Origin: a virus
Direction: 5' to 3' (one strand)
IMG/VR virus record: IMGVR_UViG_3300048597_000118
Span: 37,170 to 101,169 of that record
Length of the DNA: 64,000 bases
Below the pieces are notes generated by a model. The model saw only the letters and a program-made list of their open reading frames with translations, was not told the origin of the DNA and searched no databases. Below, in pieces: positions 47,982 to 57,600 of the stretch (positions are counted from its first letter, which is position 1; the number at the start of each line of letters is the position of its first letter). The position numbers and the translations under genes were made by a program.

Positions 47982-48228
47982 ATCAACTAACCACTTATGC
48001 CCCTCGGTATAGGTGGTTTTTTACTGTCATCTATTTTGCATAGTTACATAAAAGCAGAGGGCTGCATTCCTGACCCGGCAAGGGTTCTAAGGTTTTGATT
48101 AAGTGCTCACTCGAACAGCATTAAAGAAGCAAACTACATAGAAGGCTCTAATTTGAGCCCTATTTTATTGACTGTCTTTACCGGTAGTCATCACTATATC
48201 CGGCGTCTACAAGGCGTCGTGTTTTCGT

Positions 48229-48459
48229 ATGGACATTTTCGTTGTCTTGACTTTGTGGGTCTACGGACTTTTTGTCGTATTCTGCCTGAACGCTGTGGTA
48301 TCTGCCACAGCCCGGGCAATTTATTCCGTTTATGGGGTGACAGCCCAAGACATTCTCGTATGGGGGATTCAGAACCCCCTGTGGTTTTACAACCTGCTTG
48401 ATCAGGTAGCCCCCCAAGCTACCCAACAACACAATTACTTCGGAGGGTTGAATGACTAA
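48229..48459 (+). CDS. Small membrane protein
   Basis: Hydrophobic N-terminus (IFVVLTLWVYGLFVVFCLNAVV); downstream of the promoter copy at 48180. Confidence 0.55.
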   Translation: MDIFVVLTLWVYGLFVVFCLNAVVSATARAIYSVYGVTAQDILVWGIQNPLWFYNLLDQVAPQATQQHNYFGGLND

Positions 48460-48664
48460 TCCCAACACGGCGCCTAGCGGCGGCGCCTTACAAATAGTCG
48501 CTGGTAGTCCAGCTGGGAGGACTCAAATTAGTCCCAGTGGGTTCCAGGCAGGGTCCCATCAAAACCCTGGTCAAATCGTGTCCGTTGAGGGTGGAGCGCC
48601 TATGGCTCAGCTCTCGACGGGCAAAAGTTCACAGCCGGTCCTTACAAACAAAAACGAGGTAATT

Positions 48665-51600
48665 ATGAAAGTTAATCGACGCTTTGAATTAGGTATGTCT
48701 CTAAATAAAGAATGCCTTGATTATGTTGTCCATTTAAATCAAAAAGGCAATCCAAACTCGGAAAGCCAAAAACTGATCGATAAAGCCCGCGCTTTTCGTC
48801 GGGCAGCTCCCGTCCGGGCTGGTTTAAGTATCACATTCAGTAACACTCCTGTTGCTGGCGTTGTCATTAACCAGGAAGGCCGTGATGCTTCCGTTGCTTA
48901 TTGTGCTGCCCGCACCATTTACAAAGCTACCCGTCGGGTGGCTAATCGTGAGGCTTTCACTTTGATTAATATCCTGGGCTTGGTAACCCGCCGTCACGGC
49001 AAAGTTACTCGTAACTCTACCAAAGGATTTGGTACTGTTACTATCGTATCTTCCGGCACCTCTGCCGGTAAAACCGTGAACAACCGTAAAATCAACCAAC
49101 AGATTGCCCGTGCCCAGCGGGTATCTCGTCAGCGCCGTAATGGTCGGCGCTCCCAAGTTAGTAAAACAAGTCAGCAACGTGGTGCTGACCGTGCAGCCCG
49201 TGCTGCCAAACAGGGGGCAAAATTAGCCCGTCGTCGGGCTGCCCAGGCCTTCCTGGATGCTCAACGCAAGGCGGCAGTTATGGCTCTTGGGGTAACTCCC
49301 AAAGGGCATAAAGCCCCAGCTATGGTCCGTGGTGTACGGGTGAGCACCACCCCAATACCCACCACCCGGTCGGCTAAGTCCAGTGCCCTCCGTGGGGCAC
49401 ATGACGGTGTATATTACGTTAACGGCACTGAGGTGCCGGTGGTTAAAACAGTAGTTGCCCACCGTCAGGCAATTCTGCGTAAAGAGCGTAATGCTCTACC
49501 CTTAGCGGTACGTAACCGCCGTCTAGCGGCGGAAAACGGAACCCGGTTCCACCGGGATGCTGAGTTCGGCGCACGGCGCGCCTTGAGTCGGCACATTGTA
49601 GAAGTCCCTGTTATGCCTGTATGGCGTATGGTGCCCACTGCCCCAGCACCTGAGGTAACAGTGGCAGACTTTGAAGCCAAGGCTAAAGCCATTATGGCTG
49701 AGGCTAAAGTCAAATACGGCGCTGGTGACCTCCAGATGTCGTTAAATAGTAATTCTAGCGACCGCGATATAAAAAGCGGACTAGAAGCTCTACCGGTAGG
49801 AGACTCCATGGATAATATCGTAAAACTCGTCAGTGACCTTATGCCCACGGCTCAACCCGTAGCATCTATCCACGCTGACCACGCCTCTAATGACCGCTCC
49901 CTCGGCTATTACGTCAGCCTCTGCTGCGTATACGTCGACGGTTCCGGTCGTCAGACTATCAAAGGCAATATCAATTTGCCTATCCAAGCTCACTTCAGCA
50001 AGAAGCAATGGCCTGTCATCGGTGAACCTATGACCTCCGAAGACGCTAGCCTTAATGAGTCTTCTCTGCTTAAAGTGAGCGCCGAGCAACCTGTGCTCAA
50101 GTTCCGCACCAGTGCGGCCTACAACACAGGGAATTACACTCCTTGTGGTATGTGGCTATCTAAAGCCTGGGAGCGACCATATCCATTGAGGAAGAAATAC
50201 CCTGAAATCTCCCCCGAGATTTCGGTTATGCTGGATGGCAAAATGACGGTAGCTAACCTAGCCAAACCTGCTGAAGGCAAAGACAATATCACCCTTCAAC
50301 GGGCTATCGTCGACGCCCGTCTAGAGGTATGGAACGCCATCATGGGCGCCACCACTGAGGTCAAAGCCGGTGGCTGTACCGTTAAAGGCGGACTCGGTGC
50401 CAAATTACAACCCGGTCGTAACTGGGTGGTAGTTGTTGCTGATGTCACTGCGATCAACGGTGCCTCTAAAGAGAAAGGCGGCTTTGACATGTTGTTCAAC
50501 GTTACCCGTCCTGATGGTGTGGTATCCGTTGAGGGCTCCCTAGCCAAAGAAGACCTATACGGTCATGGTCGGGACTTTGCCTATGAGCGCATGGCAGCCC
50601 AGTCCATTGAGGTGCTCTATGTGCCTAACCTCAGTGATATTTATGCTGAGAAAGTGTTGGGTCCTTGGCACCCCAGCATCTCTGAAGGCTTAGCCCGTGG
50701 TTTCTACGGTGATTTACCTGAGTTAGCTGTAGACACCAAGAGCGGTAAGTTCAAGTATGCCGCTGCGTCTAAGGGCATAGCAGACCCCAAACGGGTTCGG
50801 CTATGTGACTTACTTGACTGGTCCTATGAGGCTTACGTCATGATTCAGTGCTGTCGGGAGAATCTACTGAATCAACGTGGACTACCCAGTGGTTCACGGG
50901 TAGTTACCAAACCAGCCGCACCGGTGGTCAAAGCAAAAGCAGCGCCCACTGTAACTACTGAGCCCACCAAACCTGTAGATGTAGCCCCTGTTATTGCTAG
51001 CCTCTTGGAAGCAGTGACCGCCGCACCTGCCCCTGCCCCGGCTCAACAAGTAGCCATAGTAGAACCAGAAGTAGAGGTTAAAGAACCTACTTCGCCACCC
51101 AAAGTAGAGGTGGTAGCAACGAAACTCCCTGAGCGCCCTGTAGTGCCTACCGTAGAACCTAACCTACAAGGTTACGCCGGTGCGCTCAGCCAATACCTTA
51201 ACCACATGGAAGGTATGTGGGTTAACCGCGAGTTAGCAAATATCACTGATATCAGTGTGTATTGCCAGGAACACGTCCAAGCGTGGGCTAACCTTGACAA
51301 GACTACAGGATTCAACGCTGAAGGTGTACAAGCCCGCACCAATGGTGTATCTGGTGCTTTTGGCGTTATTCGTTATCTAGCTGATGTCACCAAGACTGAA
51401 GGTGATTGTAAGCCTAACCTCAGTTTCTATGGCTTTGATTGGCAGCCCGAACACGTTATGAACGTGATTGCCATTCTCCGTAGCTATGAGTCTACCAATC
51501 ACCAGGATGATTTGTGCTACTTCAAACCTGAAGCTGGTGGGTATATCTTCAGTTTCCTTGGTAAAGAATTCGCCTGGATTCCTGAACTCAACGGTGTCAT

Positions 51601-54600
51601 CGACCTACCCCGTGGTCGGATGTTCAAGAACGTCGTTATGGCGTGCTACTCAGAAGAGCTCACAGAGAATGACCAACTAGTCAAAATCTACCGTGGGGCT
51701 CAAGCTATGTCCTCTATGGGTAGCTTCATGCGTTACCTATACATGGTGGTATTGCCTGTGATGGCTCATCTACCCGCTTCGGACGACTGGTCTGCCGTGG
51801 GTGCGAACCTTAACCAGTATCTCAATAAAGATGCGGGAGTCATGTTCCCCATGTCCTCTGACAATATCCTGTCAGAGAATGCTAACTTCCGTTGGGCTGA
51901 GTCCAATAGCTGGGCTCCCATGGGTCTAGACGTAGGCTCTACAATGCCTACTCCTGTAGTCAACGTAGATAAGAAATTCGCCTTAATTAACTGCTGGGGT
52001 ATCTACGCTGACAAACTCATCAAGGCATACGCAACTAACTATAAGCAGGCGAAGTTAACCAACGCTGAGTTTGCCGAGAACTTGTTGCCCGAAGCTATGA
52101 GTCAATTGGGTATTACCTGGTCGTTCAACAAGAACGTTGGGTATTCTATGCCTAACTTTGCTATTAACTGTCTTGTATTAGCTGAGCATGCCCCCGCTAT
52201 TTACGAACTAGTTAAAGCCCAGTTCGTCATAGATATGGGCGGTAGTAAAGCGGTAGATGAGTTCCTAGCCGCCTCCAAGTTCGAATCGTTAGATTTGTTC
52301 TTGCGCGGATGCGTAGTGAATAGTAACGGTAAAGTTGCTAAAGGAACTAAGCGTCAGCTATTGCGGGCACCTAACTCAGTGCAGTCTGGTAGCTATATCA
52401 ACTGTGATCGCAAACCTAAATTGGCTAAGATGCTAGCGGCTGGTCGTGGTGTCAAACCAGTTGATACCTTGTGGGCTGGTATGTTACCGGAGAACTTCTA
52501 CGCTGTAGGTGCCGGACACAAATTCAGCACTCAACCTGAGCCTATCACTGGCACAGCTATCCGTGTAGCTCTTGGTCTAACGGCTGTTGGTCCTGCTGGT
52601 GTAGTTGCTTGGATTGGTGGGCCTAATCAAATGCCCCATGGCTTTGGTTCTAATATTGAGCAGTCTAACTTTGAGATTCCCCAACGGGCTATCGAAGTTC
52701 AGCCTGGTGTTGGCTTTGGCGCCGATGATATCCAGCTAGTCCGCCCTGAACTGGCTGTAGACTTCCGTCAGCCTGAATGCGTGTTGGCTGATGTTGAATT
52801 GGTGACTGAAGTTCATCGGGTGCGGGGTATTGAATATTACTACTTCAAACCTCAAACTGCTGTGTATGTACATGGCAATGGTGGGTCTGTGGTGTGTAAT
52901 GTATTCACCAATGATGAACTTGCTCCTAGCAAACCGTTTGCCTATGAGAGTAATAACGGCGACGGCATCTTGGAATGGGTACGTGTCCACGTAGCACCAG
53001 AGATTACCGGTAAGAACCTAGAGGTGGAATTCAAAGTCACCACTATGGAACGGCAGGCTAAGATTCGTAGCTCTGTGGCTAAGGCTAACCTAATGCCCGT
53101 TAAGTCTTCGTTCTTGAAGTTGAACGGTGTGGCTGGGAAACTGGTTGACGCTGTATATCTGCAAGACGCCATGAAAATTGACGTTGATGGGTGTCTTATC
53201 AGTGTTATTGGTGTCACGTTGGTGCTTAACCCTGACTGTAATGACCCTGAGTTCTTAGCCATGGTTGAATTGGCTAAGGATATCAACGAGATGGTTGAAG
53301 GGCGCCGCCACTTGGATTACTTGGTAGAAGACCACGTGTCTATGGTTGCTCAACCTAAGTACACCGAACTGCAAACTCGGTTCTACAACTACTTCAAGCG
53401 TGAAAACGTTTGGACAATGTGGGAAGAACTAGAGCATGGTGACTTTGGCTATGCCATTGACCGCCTATACACCGATATGTCCAATGAAGGGTTGGACTCT
53501 TGGCGTGCTGTTACTGATGCCTTAGAAGCACGTGAGTTGGTAATGAACCTAGCGGCCGATGTAACTGATGAGTATACCTACAAATGCTTCACCAATGATA
53601 AAGACAATGTCTTTGTCTTGTTCATTAATGAAGCCGGGCGTGTAGCTAAAGTAGCTCAACGGTCCACTATGCTGGTTGGTCGCAATAATTGCCCCATCTA
53701 TGATGTGGTGCTCTATGAAGCGGCTACTACTCGCCAGGGTATCAACAATAATACCTCGGGTCAGATGGATGTCTGCATGCGTTCCTTGCGTGCTATGACT
53801 GATGCTTGGGGTATTGGTAATGATGGGTTGGCTAAAGACCTTATCCGTCGCCAAGGTATTTCTGGTAAGACTAACGCTATGTGGCGTGCCAAAATGCTAC
53901 ACCTTAGCGCCCATTGTGGTCTCAGCAAAGCCATTGATGGTCGTCAAGTCATCAAACTAGGCGAATGGAAAGAGGCAGATAAAGGGCAAGCCACCTGGGT
54001 ACCTAACTCTGAAGTAGTGGCTACCATCAAGTCCATCTTGGGCAATGCTGATGTGTCTAACGTGTCTAACTTTGGTGGGCTATGTGAAGCCCTTAAAGGT
54101 TATATCTTCACTGTTGATGCGTCTCGTAAAGAGTATAAAGTAGACGAGGAGAGCGGTGAAGTCTATGCCGTGTCTAAGTCTATTGAGGTATGGACTCCGT
54201 TCTTGTATTACCTCAACGGACGTAGTGCTGAAGATAATAGCCATAGCACCGCCAGTGGTCTATTCCAGGCTTACTTGGCCAAAGCATTATCCATTAACCC
54301 TGACGCCCGTAGTCTTGGCATCATTGCCAATCAACTATGTGGTCGTATGGACTCCTGGGCATCTTCTGAAGGTGTCCGTAAGTTTATCTCTGGTGGTGAG
54401 GTATTCGGCGGTAAGGTTATCGCTATGCCTAATCTACCTACTGGGGTGATGTTACTCTATGAGGGTGATGACCAATGGGCTAATGCCCGCCGCGTGGCTA
54501 AACATTATGGCTTAGACCTACGCAATGTACCCACTTGGGCTGACTATAAAGCCTTTGGTGAGGCGGTATGGGATATGCCTGAGCGTACCGAGGCGTTTAA

Positions 54601-57600
54601 CCATCTCACTCGTAGTCCTATTAAAGACGGTCCGGTTCAACGAGTACTTCGCATGCCCAAGTCCGTTGAAGCCTACAAGGATACGTTCTATTGCTTCAGC
54701 AATCCTTGGGTATATAACCCATTGAGTAGCAAGAACGTCTTGGCTAATCCATATCCCTATACCATTGGCGTATCTGTTATCGCCATGACTGGTGTTACTA
54801 AGGGTGACTCTGACGGTGATGGTGTGAGTGCTACGTTCTTAGTTAGCAATGTACCCGGCCTTCGTGGTTTGGTTACTGCTGAAGATAAAGCGTGGGAAAG
54901 TTGTGATAAATGTGCCGGGTTACCCGGGGCACAAGCTCGCCTGGAAGTATATCTAGGTGACCACTTGAGTGCCCCTAGTTTGGCTAAGAAAGCTAATATC
55001 TTCTTCCGTAAAGGTATGTTAGCTGTGTCCTTCAAAGACGGTGGTGTTAGTGGTAAGCATTTAGTATTAGCCGAGACCTATAACACAACCAACGTTCGCT
55101 CTTTGATTCTGCAAACTATGCAGGTCGGGGTGAGCTATAAAGTTTACCGTTTGACCGAGGCTATCACGGATATTCTCAATGGTCTTGTCAAAGGTGGTGT
55201 GTTTAAAGCAGCTGGTTTAGAAGTACCTGAGATGTTCAAGCCCTTCGTCGGTCCTCAATCCTACTATGCAGTAACTGCCTGTGCAGATATCTATGAGTAT
55301 GTATTGGGTGCTGTTGATGCGTTGGGTTGGCAACTCTGGGGTATGCTTAAATCCGTAATGGAAGCCAAGTTTGCTCCTATGTGGCACGCTCCGTTAATCC
55401 ACATAGACAAGACAGACGGCAATACAGTGGACCATAATGCTGAGGCTGAAGCCAAAGCAGTTCTGTTTCGTCAGAGTAAAGTAGCTGAGCTGACTGGAAT
55501 CCTCGGTAAGGCTGGTGTAAATACCAGTCAAGCCGACGCCATGGCTACTGCTTTCTGGTTGGCATCTTATGCTAACGGAACTGTTAAGCAACAGTCTATG
55601 TTCATGTTTGACGTTCAACGTAGTGACCGTCGGCTTGCACAGTTCATTATTGCTGCCGCCATGTTGGTCACCGAAGCAGGTCGTGCTAAATGGCATGGCT
55701 TCAATCATGGTCCTCTCAATAGCACTGCTTTGGCTAGTGACGAGAAGGTAGCTAACCATAAGAAGATGACTACAGTGACCTTAGACTACCTGACTAAAGG
55801 TGTAGCCGCCCATGATGTATGGGTTAACGCTGTATCTGAAAGCCATTGTTTGCAGTTGCTTATGGATATGGCTGACCCTGAGACTTTAGGTGACTTGGTA
55901 GTTGGTCCCCCGGCTAACACTGCTATTGATTACTTTGTCAATGCAGACTTGGTTGCCCATTATGAGTCTCAGTTGGCTGCTCGTGTTGGTGATGTCAACA
56001 TGGTCGAGATTAAAGAAACCGTGGTTGATGTGGAAGTATGTCTTGATATCTTTGTCACTGACGAAGACGAGGAGTTCGACTTAGTTGACCCTGATGCAGA
56101 TATATATGACGATTATCAACCGACTTATGACGAGGAGGAATATATGGAAATGCTCGCTAACCAGGCGATGTTGGCTCAAATGTTGGCTGCCCCCACTGCC
56201 GTAATTGAACCCACGGATAATACTCCAACTCCTCACTGTGTTGATGAGGATATGTATATCCCCGAGGAACAGACTGAAGAAGACCGGTTGGCTACTCAAC
56301 AAGTTATGGCTCAGCTGATGACTAAACCTCAGGCTGCCCCTGCTCCTGTAGTAATGCCTGCTCCTACTGAAGACCAAATCTTCTTAGCCAAACAGGCTGC
56401 TGTAGAAGCTGAGATTAGTGACCTAGAAACCCGTTTGGTTAAAGCCCAAGAGCTATTAGCTAAACAAGAAGCTCAGGCAAAAGCCCTGCGGAAGCTAGAA
56501 GACAAAAAGGCTAAATTATCGGCTAAACTAGCTGACGTTGTTGCTAAACTCAGCCCTGAGTACCTCGCCATGTTAGAAGATAATACCCAACCAGAAGAAG
56601 ACGAGGATAATGGCGGTGGCAATGTTAAGCCTGAGCCTGATGCCCCCAAACCTCCTTCTGATGACCATGGTCAGAATCTAAGCATCGATGCAGAAGTTCA
56701 GAAGGTACGCCATGATTTAGAACAGTTGGCTGCCCGTGCTCGGGATGGTGAGGTGATTGGTCGTCCTAGCCCTGAGCCTGCGCCTTCTGATGAGGATATG
56801 TATATCCCTGAAGAAGGTAATCCTGCGGAGAATATGGCGGCCTTTGCCGCCGCCGCTGCCACTTCCGTTACTGCCACTACTAACGAAGTAGTAACGGAGC
56901 CCACCTGGGCTGACTTTGTCCAAAGCATCAAATGGGAGCGTGGTGACGTATGTGAAGTCGAATACGAAGACGGCACCATCGGTTGGATGTTAGGCCAAGA
57001 GGTTATCCCTAACATAGTCAGCTCTGATTATGTAGATGGTCGCTTGTGGTTCTACCATGAGAAGCCCAACGTTCTCTTTATTGAAGATGGCTTGACCATC
57101 AATGACGTACCCGACGTTCAAGGATGGGAACTAGACCTATGTGATGACATTCGGTACGTTACTGGGTATGTAGGAGGAACTATTACTACCACCCCAGAAG
57201 CTAAAAAGGAAACTAGTGAAGTAAAATCACCGGATGACATCGTGGCTACACTAATAGAAAGTTACGCAAAAAAGTCTCAGCCCAAAAACCTTATTGAGGC
57301 TAAGACTAAAGCTCGCTCCCTTCCATGTCCACCTATAGACGATGAAGGTGCCACCGACTGCCAGAAACGCTTCTTCGAAGCCGCCTGCACCGGTGATAAC
57401 ATCTTCTTATCTGGGGAAGCTGGCACAGGGAAAACCTACGCCCTAGAGTCAATGATTAACCATTGGTTAGAACTGGGAGATAAAGTCATCGTTACCGCCA
57501 CCACTGGTCGCGCTGCTATGAACATGGGCGCCCGCTTTGATATCGAAGACTTAGCTGGCTACGGTACCTTTAACTCTGTGTTGGGTCTGGGCATCGGTTT

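Larger units (their letters stand above)
41983..48186 (+). promoter_or_regulatory. Repeated phage-specific promoter-like motif: T-rich, TG-N9-RCCG(G/C)T, each just after a terminator hairpin
   Basis: Ten exact-spacing copies with RCCG at 42002, 42239, 42752, 43449, 44638, 45882, 46573, 46941, 47475, 48180; degenerate copies at 44254, 44937, 47651, 59810, 60298. Confidence 0.8.

Noticed and set aside
41955-48190. CRISPR array or integron attC array as the explanation for the repeated palindromic motifs
   Set aside because: Repeats are short and degenerate and are separated by whole genes of variable length. There are no GTTRRRY/RYYYAAC boxes and no cas or integrase gene in the window.
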